In this document: one piece after another, positions 11,346 through 23,600 of the stretch | How the letters are laid out: each line of letters starts with the position of its first letter | Numbering within the stretch: the stretch's first letter is position 1 | Assembly: GCA_054600435.1 (NCBI GenBank) | Contig: BAAIJX010000001.1 | Span: 558,001 to 622,000, forward strand | DNA from: Neophaeotheca triangularis | Taxonomy: Eukaryota | DNA length: 64,000 nucleotides | Direction: 5' to 3' | The notes under the pieces: generated by a model | The model's database searches: none | The model's input: only the letters and a program-made list of their open reading frames with translations | What the model was told of the DNA's origin: nothing | Program-made: the position numbers and the translations under genes

Positions 11346-11662
11346 GGGAAGTGTATGTAGATATCCCCTTGAATGAGGTGTAGCGTGGTTTGGAAACGAC
11401 ATTTGTGAGCATCGTACAGTGGATTCACCTCATGTATGGAAAAGTGTGGAAATGAGAATTACTCGTCAATCATCCTGTAACTTGCACATCAAGGCCGTTG
11501 CATCCATCCATCCGTGTCGGCAAAAAGAAAAAGACCCCCCAAACGCCATCGAGCGAAAAAAGCACGCCGAACCGGCCAACCAACCTATAAAGCACCAGAC
11601 CGTCACGCCCTCCCACCAAGCAATCCATAACACACGCCTCCTTCCCCAACCAAAATCAGACA

Positions 11663-12241
11663 TCAGAAGAAACTCCCACCCGTCGCGATACCTCTCCTCG
11701 CACCCCCATAAGCCACAGGCGCCGCGCCGTAAGCACCCCCAACACCACCGTACCCGGCCGCGACTCCATACCTTCCGACAGCAGCAGGACCGGCATAGGC
11801 AGCCCCAGGCACCACGGCGCGGCCGACGGGTGCAGCGGCAGCAACGACCGGCCTCGGCTTCACGGCTTGCGTGGTAGTAGTCGTCTGCGTGGTGGTGGTG
11901 GTGGTAACGGTGCGTTTCGTCGTAGGCGAGACGTGGCGACGAGTGGTGACAGCGGGAGCGGCGGGGACGACGGGGCGGGCAACGGGAGCGCGGGCGTAGG
12001 CTGTGGGTGCTACGGCGCTCGGGGCGTAAGTGGGCGATACTGCCGTGGCGGCGCCGCTGTAGGGGGTCGCGAGCGCGGTTGAGCGGGGGGCGGCGCGGGC
12101 GGCGTAGGGGCGTGTTGGTGTTGGTGGCACACCGATGGAGCGGGGGGCCGGGGAGGCGGCGGCGACGGTGCTTGGGGTGCCTAGGGTGGATGACACTGCA
12201 GGCCTAGCCGCTGCGTAGGGTGCTAGGGCTTGGATCGGCAT
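11663..12241 (-). CDS. low-complexity Ala/Pro/Thr/Val/Tyr/Gly-rich basic protein (192 aa), unknown function
   Basis: Uninterrupted ORF with GCCATG start and coding-like C/G third positions. Motifs AAPV, YAA and GYGG; no Asp or Glu. Confidence 0.6.
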   Translation of the reverse strand: MPIQALAPYAAARPAVSSTLGTPSTVAAASPAPRSIGVPPTPTRPYAARAAPRSTALATPYSGAATAVSPTYAPSAVAPTAYARAPVARPVVPAAPAVTTRRHVSPTTKRTVTTTTTTQTTTTTQAVKPRPVVAAAAPVGRAVVPGAAYAGPAAVGRYGVAAGYGGVGGAYGAAPVAYGGARRGIATGGSFF

Positions 12242-14524
12242 GGCTTGGAAGTCTGGAGCGGTGTTTGGCTTTGGGCTGAAGTTTGGTACTGGTAGGCTCG
12301 TGGACAAGTGGTGCGTGCTGTTGTGGCTTTTTGGGAAACGAGGAGAAGCGTGGTGTTTATATGGTGGTCGCAGGAGCAGGGGGCCAGCTATTTGGCTGGC
12401 ACGTCTGAGACTGTCCGTCATCGCGGGGATGTTACGGCTCGTAGTTTGGCAGCATCCTTTCGTCCCAGCATCATCGTTCTCCTAATGGTTGCCCGCGGCG
12501 TGGATTGAGATCCCTTTGCTCTGTATGGTATGAAGAACGAACGAGTATAACCGTCAGGGAGGATGCCGAGGCTGGGGAAAGGTTAAGAGAGATATGCTTT
12601 GTACCGTAAAGCTTCCCGAATCCACGTCGTCAGCGTTTCCGAGATTCGCTTGCGATGTGAGCAAACTCGAGACCACGAGAACGCATTTGATTCGCTCCAA
12701 GACTTCCTGTTCTCATGATTGCCAGATAATCGCCTCGGGGCTTGACGGATCGTCTGGCTGGCAGGCATGTTCATTATGCTTATCTTTATACTTTCTCATG
12801 GCTGACCGGGGGCCCGTTCGATAGGCTAGTACCTCATGTCGCGATTAGATTTTTCTAGGTACAGGCAAGTCGAAGCGCACGCCGGACGAGTGGGTGACGG
12901 TATCTGCCAGGTATGTTGAAATCCGTCGTGGTGTGCCGGCCGCAAAGACTTTGCAACTGTCTTCTCAGCCTGATTGGGGAACTTGGGGGTAATACGCTTC
13001 GCTTTTTGACAGAGCTAGGTATGTCTGGCAGTCACCAATCTCGGCGTATTTGCTGCGGTAGTCCCAGTGTTCATTGAGTGCCGCGGGAAGACAAAGCCAG
13101 CCATCTGAGCTGGGTGACACAAACCGTACTGAGGCTATCAGCCGCGCCGAGCGACGGCAACTTGTAGCGAGTGTACATTGAGTCGCTACATCCTATACTC
13201 TCACAGCCTTAGAACACGCGGATGGTCGTGATAACTTATGCATGGTGATCGTATTGTCCATACGCCCTGGTCAATGTCTGTGCCCATTGGCGGCACGGTA
13301 TCGTCTAGTTGCAGTTAGTTCGTAAAAAGCACGCTGTCGAGTCCGCGAATCCGGATGCCACTTCGCGCATCCAAATCACTGCACGGGTTGGCGGTAGTTG
13401 ATGCCTTCACACGGCCGTCGCGTCAATTTTCGTCATTGACGGCTGGTGGCCAGTAGAGTTGACGTATTGCTGCTGGTCGAGGGGCGATCCTATCATTGAG
13501 AAAAGGCCTTTCTCATGGAGCGGGGGGTTGGATCACGTTACAAAGACTCTTGACACGGTCTTTGGCCTGGAGAGGCAACGCATGATCAAATTTATTGCAG
13601 GTCCAGAAGTATCCCGACGTCGCGGATGCCATGGCAGGATTTCCAGGTCTGCTGGAACTGGCCCCTCCTAACCATCTCCTACGGAATCCAGTCGTAGCTT
13701 AGGTAAATTATCTTTGTCGTACGCAGGAGGCTTTGACCGCGGACCCGGTAGCTGGTAGGGTATCGTCTATGGCGAGCAAGGCGGCCCTTGGGACGAACAT
13801 GCTGACTTGGACAGTTGAAAGGCAATCCAGCCCTTGACTCGCGGACTTGAGCGTTGATGGGAGGGGTGTGTTCTACGACTACCTCACTTACCTACTGTAG
13901 GTATGTTGCGTTACTGTAGAGCAAGTCGGCAGAAGTGCTTCGGTGCCAAGCGATATACCGGGATTTGGAGCGAGCGAGACCGAAACGCAAAGGGGCTCGG
14001 GCAGCTCGGGAAAGTCGGGTTGACATGACCTGACCTAACCTGACCGTGGGCGTGGCTCCTGGCTGAGGTGACTGACAATTGGAAGCTGACTAAAACTTAC
14101 CATGACTTATGTTACTGCAGGTGACCCTGAGCAACGGTGCGACAACAACATGCAGACAGACACTTGGACCTTGGATTTGTTGATCCGATATTGATTGATC
14201 TTTACTTCTTGTTTCCGGATAGCCTTGAGGTGTACCTACTTAACGGTATACTATTCTGCTCGATCAATACCTATCTTACAGCTCCAAGCCAAACGTCATC
14301 TGCCTTGCCTGCAGCCCTGGAGCCTGCCACGCTCAGGTCCCGTCCCGTCGGCGCCCAGTCTTGGTGGCCTCCCGTCTTACTCTTACAATACCTTACCTTC
14401 AACGCCTTCGAATCGCATGGCGCATATGTGTCTTTCTTCCGATCTCGACCTTACCCTGCTTCGGGCCTACTGTGCCATCGAGTAGTGTCGACTGCGGTTC
14501 AGGTTCAGCGCGCATCTGGTCAAC

Positions 14525-17500
14525 ATGAACGCCGTTCGCCAAAAGTGCCGTCCAAAGCACCAAATTCTTATCCTAAAGTGTTACCCGCGCCTACCCAAAA
14601 ACTCGTCGGCAGATGTCAAACCAAACAGCTCCGAACTCAGCTATCTGCTCTTCTACGCCAGTACGCGACGAAGTAAGCTACACAAAGTCGGCGCCTTCCT
14701 GGAACGTAAAACCGCGAGCGACGTGTACAAATGGAGGAGCGCCAATGTTCAGGTCACTCTCGAGATATTGACGGCATTGCTGGAGAATAAGGTGGTGGGG
14801 ACTGGCAGTGGCTTTGCTCTGATCGCGCCCTATGTGCTACGGATTGTCAGGGAGATATTGCAAAACACAAACGATATTAGCTTGGTAGAGGCTAGTTTGA
14901 GCACTTGGGACACTTTCTGCACACACCAGGATCAGGCCACACTTGCGGCCGATCACGAATACAGGGAACTCTTTGAGCAGGTGGTCCAGCTGTACGCCGC
15001 TTTTGCAGCGAAGAATGGAGACAAAAGGCTTGGTGGTAAGAATGCCGCCACGGTCAGCGTGCCGAATGCCATCAGGTTGAGGGAAGCTGGTCTGGGAGCT
15101 ATGAAAAGTGTTTTGGCCTCGGACGCTTTGTCGTCAGAGTCGGGCAGGCAGTTAGATATGGCGCTGCCGGTTGTGTTGTCCAATCTCAAGGCAGAGAGCG
15201 GCAGCTCGTTCGATCACCTTACGAGGGCTCACCAGCGCAATGAAGAGCAAGGGAAGGAACGACCCGTCATCAACGCCAGGCAAAGCATGGCAACCGTCAG
15301 GACGGCAACCACTACAGGTGACCTACCCACGGAGACTGACCCTAGAACCGCAGAGGGAACTGCCCAGGAAGCTGATATGCTGGCCGAAGAGCATGTTGCT
15401 TGCCTAGCATTGGACTCGCTTCGGTTGATATTCACTACAGAAAATAGAGCGCAAGTCATGCCCGCAACGAGCTCGGTGCTTTCGTTCTTCCAAAGCCACC
15501 AGCACAGACCAGCCGTGCGTGCATCGGAGAAGCCAAGCCAACCGGATAGAGATAGTTCGTGGGAGGTCAAAATATTCGAGATCATGATGACTTGGACGCC
15601 GGTCCAGAATCGATTCATTCTCTTGGTCGCCGTTGTTGAGACCCTTGTACGCCTACCTCTGGACGATTCTAACCTTCGACAACAACTTCTGCTTGCGGAC
15701 ATTGTTGGCAACACATTGCGCTCGGACTTGAACATGATAGGTCTCTCTGTTATGGACGTCTTGCTTGGGCTCATGCAACAAATACTCCGAGCGCTCCAAT
15801 TAGGCGGGCCACAGGCCTCAGGCCGGCGGAACTCTGCTCATGTTCCCTCGTCCCCAAACAACGGCGCGAATGAGAAGCCGGCGCAAGATATAACTGCCGC
15901 TCCTCCCTCAGATCAAAGAGTCTTGCTCGTCGAGAGATTGAAGGCTTGCATTGCAGACCTCGCAACTCACGTATACTACACCGACCAGATCAACGACATG
16001 ATCTCGGCTTTGTTACTTCGTCTCAAACCATCAGCGTCGACGAATGCCCAAAGCCAGGCGGTAACAGCCGCAGCCATTCAGGAACCCGAGACTGCTGTTC
16101 ACGAAGTCGCTAGCAATGTTAGCCAGACCGCTCGAGAGCGGAGTCAGAGTCAAAGCGATGGTTTCTTCAGCTTCGAAACAGCGCAGCAGGCTGCTCTCGA
16201 AGTTGTGCGTGACATCTTCCTCGTGGCGAAATCGAAGCAGTCCAGGAATACCGAAGGTCTTCTCGAGACAAGAAACAACGTTCCCATCGAAATTTGGGAG
16301 GGCACGCAGTGGCTTTTGCGTGATCCGTCTCTCGCCGTGAGAAGGTCATATGTCGAGGCTCTATGTACGTGGCTGGCGCTCGAAACTAAAAAAGCCGACT
16401 GGCGTATCAAAGAGCCGAAGACGAAAACAAAAGCCAACGGCGCCCTTGCGAGACGTGCAGTAAGCAATGCATCTGCGCGAGGGCAGTCAAGACGAGGAAC
16501 GTCAAATTTTCTGCAGCTTCTGCACCTGGCCGTATACGAGAACGCTTTGCAGTTCGCTGAGACCTCCGAGGCCGATATACTCCTGCTGCACCTTCTGCAA
16601 TCTACTCTGAACCAGAAGCTCGGAGTCAATGCTGTGCAAAGCTCACTGCCAATGATGTTCGCTCTCCAGGAAGAAATAGCACAAACTGATTCCCCACTTG
16701 CAAAGATTCGCATTGGCAGCCTTGTTCATGGTTACCTCTGGAGTCTGGGCGAGGTGTTCGACTTCGACTACACTCCCGCCGGTAGAGATGTACAAGCGGA
16801 GATCGCCCGACGAAGAGAGCATGGTCTGTGGGTCGATGCTCTCACGGTGCCGGCGATGCCGGTACAAACAATTCACGATACGACTTCCAAACCCTCCAAC
16901 AAAGTCTCTCCAGACATGATAGCGCAAGAAGCTTTGAGACCGTTTGACAAACGTCACGCCCTCATCGACTGCATCGCAGAGTCTTACTCAAGCTCAGTCG
17001 CCAGTCCACCAGCTTCCGCCCCGGGCTCTCCTAGACAGGTTTCGGCGCAACCAACTATTGACCGAAGCACTTCTGGCTATCTATCAGCCAAGCCAGCCGC
17101 GAGTACCGAATTGTCCGAAACAGCCAAAGAGCACATGCACGAAGTGTGGACTAAGGAGGACTGCCTCGCAACCATAGCCGCCGCTGTCCCAAAAACCGCC
17201 TCAGTGACCGGCAGCCGCTCCAGCCCCACTCACGCTCTCATGGCCGGCAACCATCGTCAACTTCTCGCAGCGGCCAACTCAGGACTAGCGAGCAGAAGCG
17301 GCTCAAACCACGCCACACCAGGCACGCAATCCCCCGCCGCTGGCGAAAGCCAACAACAACTCGCCAGCAAATACGGCAGCCTGACCACGAGTCACCGCCA
17401 GCAGGCTTTCGGCCTCTACGCAAACAACGGCCGAAGACTTCATTCCCAATCACCCGAGAACCGGCAGCGCCGGCCCAGCGGAAGCACCAACGGCAAAGGC

Positions 17501-18025
17501 AGTAGCAGCGCCGGTGGCAGGGGTACTCTACGTGTCGACGAGCTGAAACGTGTACTAGCGGACGGAGGCCACGGCGCCGTGCCCCTGACTGCGGGCTCCA
17601 TGGCAAGACACGATGGTGAGGACACGGCGAGCGAAAGCATGATGGACTTTGAGGGCGAGGGCGTGGATTTTGGCAGCGAGGACGATTACGGCACTTCCGA
17701 GAACAACAACAACACCAAACGTGCAGAAGGGTCCGCCGAGCCTACGCAGCTTCCCACCCTCGACCGTGGCTCCGATCGCTTTGCCGGTGGGATGTTCACG
17801 ACCGAGAAGAGTCGGGGCGACAAGGGTGATACATCTGCGCGGGTGGAGGGGTACGACAAGCGTCCTGCTACCGCTTACCAAGGCGGAAGTGTACGATCGA
17901 AACGCACGGCTTCCGGGAGAAGGAATATTACCGAGTTGCTGGCTGGGCTGGGAGAGGATGAGAGAGACGGTGGTGTTGAGGAGCCGCGGCGACCGACTAC
18001 GAGTATTGGAAGGCCACCTTATTGA
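14525..18025 (+). CDS. EFR3: Efr3, plasma-membrane scaffold of the PI4-kinase Stt4 complex
   Basis: N-terminal RQKCRPKHQILILKCYP, PNSSELSYLLFYASTRRSKLHKVGAFL, LATHVYYTDQINDM; 1166 aa single ORF. Confidence 0.92.
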   Translation: MNAVRQKCRPKHQILILKCYPRLPKNSSADVKPNSSELSYLLFYASTRRSKLHKVGAFLERKTASDVYKWRSANVQVTLEILTALLENKVVGTGSGFALIAPYVLRIVREILQNTNDISLVEASLSTWDTFCTHQDQATLAADHEYRELFEQVVQLYAAFAAKNGDKRLGGKNAATVSVPNAIRLREAGLGAMKSVLASDALSSESGRQLDMALPVVLSNLKAESGSSFDHLTRAHQRNEEQGKERPVINARQSMATVRTATTTGDLPTETDPRTAEGTAQEADMLAEEHVACLALDSLRLIFTTENRAQVMPATSSVLSFFQSHQHRPAVRASEKPSQPDRDSSWEVKIFEIMMTWTPVQNRFILLVAVVETLVRLPLDDSNLRQQLLLADIVGNTLRSDLNMIGLSVMDVLLGLMQQILRALQLGGPQASGRRNSAHVPSSPNNGANEKPAQDITAAPPSDQRVLLVERLKACIADLATHVYYTDQINDMISALLLRLKPSASTNAQSQAVTAAAIQEPETAVHEVASNVSQTARERSQSQSDGFFSFETAQQAALEVVRDIFLVAKSKQSRNTEGLLETRNNVPIEIWEGTQWLLRDPSLAVRRSYVEALCTWLALETKKADWRIKEPKTKTKANGALARRAVSNASARGQSRRGTSNFLQLLHLAVYENALQFAETSEADILLLHLLQSTLNQKLGVNAVQSSLPMMFALQEEIAQTDSPLAKIRIGSLVHGYLWSLGEVFDFDYTPAGRDVQAEIARRREHGLWVDALTVPAMPVQTIHDTTSKPSNKVSPDMIAQEALRPFDKRHALIDCIAESYSSSVASPPASAPGSPRQVSAQPTIDRSTSGYLSAKPAASTELSETAKEHMHEVWTKEDCLATIAAAVPKTASVTGSRSSPTHALMAGNHRQLLAAANSGLASRSGSNHATPGTQSPAAGESQQQLASKYGSLTTSHRQQAFGLYANNGRRLHSQSPENRQRRPSGSTNGKGSSSAGGRGTLRVDELKRVLADGGHGAVPLTAGSMARHDGEDTASESMMDFEGEGVDFGSEDDYGTSENNNNTKRAEGSAEPTQLPTLDRGSDRFAGGMFTTEKSRGDKGDTSARVEGYDKRPATAYQGGSVRSKRTASGRRNITELLAGLGEDERDGGVEEPRRPTTSIGRPPY

Positions 18026-18633
18026 TTCGTAGATACCTTGTGAAGAAAATTGTGGTTTGAAGGCTTCGAAAATTGATTAGCTTTGTTCCTCTCGCGGTTG
18101 TTCCTCTCGCGGCTAAATCACATGGCGATTGGCATTCGAAGCAGGTCAAGAGGCCTGAATGGTGGAATAATATGGATGCTGGCGTTATCGCCGTTAACGT
18201 TTTGGAGGGATGACATGAGGCTGCGAGACGCCTGGGTTGCTTGCAATCGAAGCACACCGACGGCTGGCTGCCCAGTTGTGGAAGCGGGCGTTTCATTTGT
18301 ATTGTCTTGGTTCTGGCGTCAAGTGTAGAAATCCAACGTCATTTGTAATGCGTCAAGATATCGCGATTGATACTTGTAACTCATCTTTATACCTTGGCTG
18401 TGCTCGAGAATATAACTCCTATGCCACCGATGGTCTTCTTGCCCAAACTCTAGCACTACCCTATGGCAGACGGTGACTGAATGCGGCCTCGGCTTAGCGC
18501 TTCAAGAACTTCAGCCAATAAGAAAGCCTTGATAAGCTCGCTATCAGCAACCTCAACTTCACACTTCCAGTAGGGAGTGACTTCGCCAAACTGAACCATC
18601 GCGCAAAACCTCCACACTCCCCAAACGACCAGC

Positions 18634-19869
18634 ATGCCACCCAAAGGCGTGGTCAAAAAGGCTTTTCAAACAACCCGAACATACCGACCTGGCAGAGCAG
18701 CCGCCGAAGACCGCTCCGAATCAGAGGAAGAGACCTCCGACTCCGAAGAAGAGCAGCAAGCACCCGCAAAACCACAACCGAAAGCCTCGTCCTTCCCCGC
18801 AGGCAAAAAACTAGCCTTCGACCTCAGTAAAGCCGGCAAGCAAACCACAGCCGCCGCCAAAGCCCAAGAACAGCAGAAAGCGCAGCAAGCGAAACAGCCG
18901 GATGCCGGCTTGGAGGGTTATGTCACGGCTTCCGAGTCGGAGTCGGAGTCCGACGAAGACGACAGCGATCGCATAGCCGGTCGGGGAGAGGAGAGCGGTT
19001 CTTCCGAGGAAGAAGACTCCAGTAGCGACGACGAGCCCGCCAAGCTCGTCCGGCCGAAATTCATCCCCAAGAGCCAGCGCGCGGCGCTAGCGCAACGGAC
19101 AAAGAGCGCTGACGACCAGGCGGCCGAGGAAGAAGCGCGACGGAAGGAAACGGCGAATGCTCTGCTGGAGGCGAAGGTGGAAGAAGCGGCAGCGGAGCGC
19201 GCGGCCGGGAAAAGCTGGGACGATGACGAAGAGCCCGTCAACGACGTCGACGATAGGGATGGTCTGGACCCGGAGCAGGAGCACGCGGCGTGGAAGCTGC
19301 GGGAGCTGAAGCGCGTGCGCCGCGACCGGCAGGCGCTGATCGAGAAGGAGAAGGAGCGCGAGGAGGTGGAGCGCAGGCGCAATATGACGGCCGAAGAGCG
19401 CGAGGCGGAGGACCAGGCTTTTATTGCCGCGCAGAAGGAGGAGCAGGAGGGCAGGGGCAAAATGGCGGCGCTGCAGAAGTACGTGCACAAGGGCGCCTTC
19501 TTCCAGACCGAGGATCAGGACATGGATGACGATGTCCGCGAGGCTATGCAGAGGGATCTGGCTGGAGCGCGGTTCGAGGACGATGTGATGGACAAGGAAG
19601 CGCTGCCGGAGTACATGCAGGTCAGGGATCAGACTAAGGTGGGCAGGAGCGGGAGGACCAAGTATAAGGATTTGAGGTCCGAGGATACTGGGTCTTGGGG
19701 AGATTCTTACAGGGGGAAGCGGGAGTTTGGTGGCGTGGATGAGAGATTTAGACCGGACGGGCAGGCCGGTGGGAGTGAGAGGACGGGTGCTAACAATGCG
19801 CCTGTGGGCGAGAGAAGGAAGAGGGACGACGATGCAGCTGGGCAGGGAAAGCGGCAGAGAGTCGATTAG
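18634..19869 (+). CDS. MFAP1/Spp381-like spliceosomal B-complex protein
   Basis: Acidic N-half, DVDDRDGLDPEQEHAAWKLRELKRVRRDR, QKYVHKGAFFQ, LPEYMQVRD..KVGRSGRTKYKDLRSEDT. Confidence 0.9.
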   Translation: MPPKGVVKKAFQTTRTYRPGRAAAEDRSESEEETSDSEEEQQAPAKPQPKASSFPAGKKLAFDLSKAGKQTTAAAKAQEQQKAQQAKQPDAGLEGYVTASESESESDEDDSDRIAGRGEESGSSEEEDSSSDDEPAKLVRPKFIPKSQRAALAQRTKSADDQAAEEEARRKETANALLEAKVEEAAAERAAGKSWDDDEEPVNDVDDRDGLDPEQEHAAWKLRELKRVRRDRQALIEKEKEREEVERRRNMTAEEREAEDQAFIAAQKEEQEGRGKMAALQKYVHKGAFFQTEDQDMDDDVREAMQRDLAGARFEDDVMDKEALPEYMQVRDQTKVGRSGRTKYKDLRSEDTGSWGDSYRGKREFGGVDERFRPDGQAGGSERTGANNAPVGERRKRDDDAAGQGKRQRVD

Positions 19870-20677
19870 AGGAATTCATTTGCACAGCTTGAGGGTTTAG
19901 CGAGGCGTTGGTGGGACGGCTGTTTTCACGAATACTACAAAATCACTGCATACCAATTTTTATCAGAGTCTGTCAAGTGCCAGACTTCCGCAACTCAACG
20001 TCGCAAGTGCTGCAGTGAGAAAGCGCGTCCCGCGACCAGGCATGGAAAAATTCGGTCGCAACCCGCCGAGAGCGAAACAGGCCGTCCTCTCTCGAAAACG
20101 AGAACCGTGGAATCACGTGCGTCTTCCGCGAAAGCAATGTCCGTAACAGCCCTCTCTGGCGAGAGCTCCGCTTTGCCTCGGCCAGAGTCTACAAGCTGAA
20201 AAACCTCAAAACACACCCCACTGCAGATACGTTTTCCACTCACCGAACGGGACACCTAGGTTGCTACTGCCGGGAAGATGCTGAATGTATGTCCGAGAGC
20301 TGTCAAGGCCGAGATAGCAGGGGATCCCGAAAACTCCACTCCTTGGCGAAACTAGATGCCGTGAGAGACACAGTGGTGTACATTCGCCAAAGCAATCGAA
20401 ATCAGCGATAATGGTGGGAAAGGAGAGACGAGCTGCTGGTGCTGGGAAGATGACTCTGGTCGTGTAAGACTTGATGTATGTACAGTTGAAAAGGCCGTTA
20501 ATACTTGAAACTTTATTCTCATTCCTTTTTTATTATTTCAAGTCCGTCGCAATATGAAGACGCAATCAGAATATTGCCAACGACTTCGGCTCCCAATATC
20601 CCTTGTTTTCATTCCTCAGCGCTGCAATCATCGCTCGCTCCTTCTCCTCACCAGGTACATCGAACCAGACCATCCAT

Positions 20678-23600
20678 CTAAATCGGCTCATCCCTCGGCT
20701 CAATCATGACCTCATTAACAGCGACATGATCCGGTTGCTTCAGCGCAAAAACAATCGCCCCAGCAATATCCTCCGGGTCCAGGATCTGCGCCCCGGAAGG
20801 CCCACCGTACTGCTTGACAGCCTCCTCATCCGACGACATGGTCAGCAAATCCGTCTGCGTGTTTCCAGGCTGGATGGCGGAAACGCGGAGTCCCTTGCCG
20901 GCGTTCTCGACCCGCAGAGCCTGCAGCGTCGCTTCCACGAAGAACTTGCTGGCCGAGTAGACGCCCAGACCGGGGAAGACTTTGCGGCCGGCGTCGGAGG
21001 AGATGGCGACGATATGGCCCTTGCCGCGGGCGAGCATCGGTGGCACCGTGGCCGCGAGCCCGTGCAACAGGCCCTTGCAGTTGACATCGACGGTGCGGTC
21101 CCATTCCTCCATGTTGGACTCGCTGGCGTTGGCCATCATGGTGAAGTACATGACGCCCGCGCACGAGACGAAGATGTCGACGGGGCCCAGCTCGGTTTCC
21201 GCCGCTTGGACTAGGTCGGCGACTTGTTGTCGGTCCGTTACGTCAGTCTTGCGGGTTATGACTTTGCCTTCGCGCACGACTAGGCGGCGCTTGACGGATT
21301 CGAGAGCGTCGGTGCGGCGGGCCGCGAGCGCGATGTGGCAGCCTTCTCTGGCGAGAGCGGCGGCGACGGCGGCACCGATGCCCGAAGAGGCACCAGTGAT
21401 GACGGCGACGCGACCGCTAAGAATGCTCTTGCGGATGGGCTGAGCCGAGCCACCAACGGCGTGGCGGGTTGAGGGAGGGTGAGAAAGCCATCCTCTGGCG
21501 AACCAGTGTCGAGCGTAGGTTTCGAGGAGAACGGCATCGACCTTGGGTCGCTCGACCACAGCGCGGTAAGGTCGGGTTTGAGCGTTGTTTAGAACGACAA
21601 TGTCTCTCAGGAACTCCACACTAGGCATGCCACTGCGCAGAATGTCGACTGTGAAACCACCGTCACCACCTTGCTTCGACGCACGCTTCTCCGTCCAGAG
21701 CGCAACCCAGTCATCCCAGGGGATACGTTTGGTAGGGTACCCGAGTCTTTCGAAATCATCAAAGACAGCGTTTGCGTCAACTGGTTCAGGGTCACCGAGG
21801 TGGAAGACGAGTTGCTTGGCTTGAGTTTGGTTGGACAGGTGAACGATGGCCTTGCTGACAAAGTCAACAGGAGTCATCTCAGCTCTCCATCCCTCGACAT
21901 CGGGCGCGTAACCCAAATTCATCGACTCGACGAACAGCGCAGTCAGAAGATCGTACGCGTTCGCGGCACCAGATGCGCTGTGACCGCTAATGGTACCACA
22001 GCGGAGGATGCGCACTGGGAGACCGCGGCGGCCTGCCTCAAGGACGAGCTGTTCGGCCGCCCATTTGGTCTGTCCATATCCGTCGGCGAGCTTCTCTGGG
22101 ACAGCATCGACGTATAGCATGGAGTCTTCCGGCCAGCCATTCCCGGAAGCCGACGTTGGCAACACTCCATTGGTAGAGACGTACTCCACAGTTGCATTGC
22201 CAAGGCAAGCGAGACGGAGGATCTCCCTCGCACCTCCCACGTTAGCAGCGCGTAGGGCAGCGTAAGGGTACACCAAGTTAACCGTCGCAGCGGCGTGGAT
22301 GATGACCTGAATGCGGTTTGCGAGCTGCTCGAAAGCGTCCGGCGACAAGCCCAGTCGCTTTCTAGACAGGTTACCGGGCATGACTTCAACCCGCTCCATA
22401 ACGGAGTCTCGCCAAAGACCGAGGTCGATCAAGTTTTTGCGCAAGCGTGCGATACCGCGAGGGACATCGTCTTCGGTAGGTTCGCTGAATCGGACCAGGC
22501 AGATGATCTGAGCGGACGTATTTTCGAGCAGATCGTTGAGAAGGAAGGCGCCCAAGAAGCCGGTGGCACCAGTGAGAAGGATGGTGTCTGCCGACTTCGC
22601 GGCGCACATCGTAGCGCCAGTAGGCTCGATCTCACTCTCAAGCTTGGTATCCTTACGCAGTGCGGCAGGCAGGTCGGCTTGTACTGCTGCAATTTGGCCA
22701 TCTCTGACAGCGCGCAGGGTTTGAACATGGCCGTTGAGCGTGACGGGATCAGCAAGACGCGCAACAGGGACGAAGAAACCAAAGGTCCTGGTGAGTCTTG
22801 AAGCAAGCTCGGCTAGAGAAAGAGAGTGACCGCCAAGATCGAAGAAACTATGTTCGGCGGTGATGCTGCTCCTCGTGATCTTCAAGGTAGAAGACCACAC
22901 CTCAGCGACCGAGTCTGTGTCAATGGGGTCTTTCTCAACAGACTGGCCATGAGAGACAGCGGCCTGTGCTGTTGGCGGTGGGGGCAAAGCTTTGAGATCC
23001 GCCTTTCCGGAGACCTCGTGGGTCGGTAACTTGTCCAGCTTCACCCATAGGGTAGGCAACATGTAGTGCGCCAAGTGCGAGTTGAGTGCTTTTCTGGCAG
23101 CTGGGCTGTACCCAGATTCGTCGACCTCAACGGCGGGGCGGTCTTCCGAAGCCTCATCGTCAACAATGTAGGCTACAAGCTGACGGTCCAAGCCTTCGCC
23201 GTGCGCAGTTACAGCGCAGTGCTTGACAGCCAGATGAGTTGCAATGGCATTTTCCACTTTGCCAGGTACGACAGAGTATCCGCGTAGTTTGATCATGGCT
23301 CCGACGCGACCTGTAATCTCGAGCAGCCCCGAAGGAAGCAGACGGGCGAGATCCCCTGTCCTGTACATGCGCGCTCCATGGCTAGCATCGTACTGATCCG
23401 GCGTAAAAGCTTGCGCAGTGGTCTCGGGGCGATTGAGATAACCGCGAGCGAGAAGATCGCCACCCACAAAAAGCTCGCCAGCTTCACCAGTTTCCGCCTT
23501 TTGGCCGCTATCGTCCAATATGTAAATGTGCTTAGGGTCGAGGGGAGGTCCAACGGGGCAGTAGGTAGCCTCACTCGTGAGCATCTCCTTCACATCGCCA

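Noticed and set aside
10014..11402. 462-aa antisense ORF over gaaA
   Set aside because: Shadow frame caused by strong C/G third-position bias; no recognisable motifs.
14137..14676. Upstream ORF overlapping the EFR3 start
   Set aside because: Starts with GTG, has no motif, and I cannot place the transcription start to support a uORF role.
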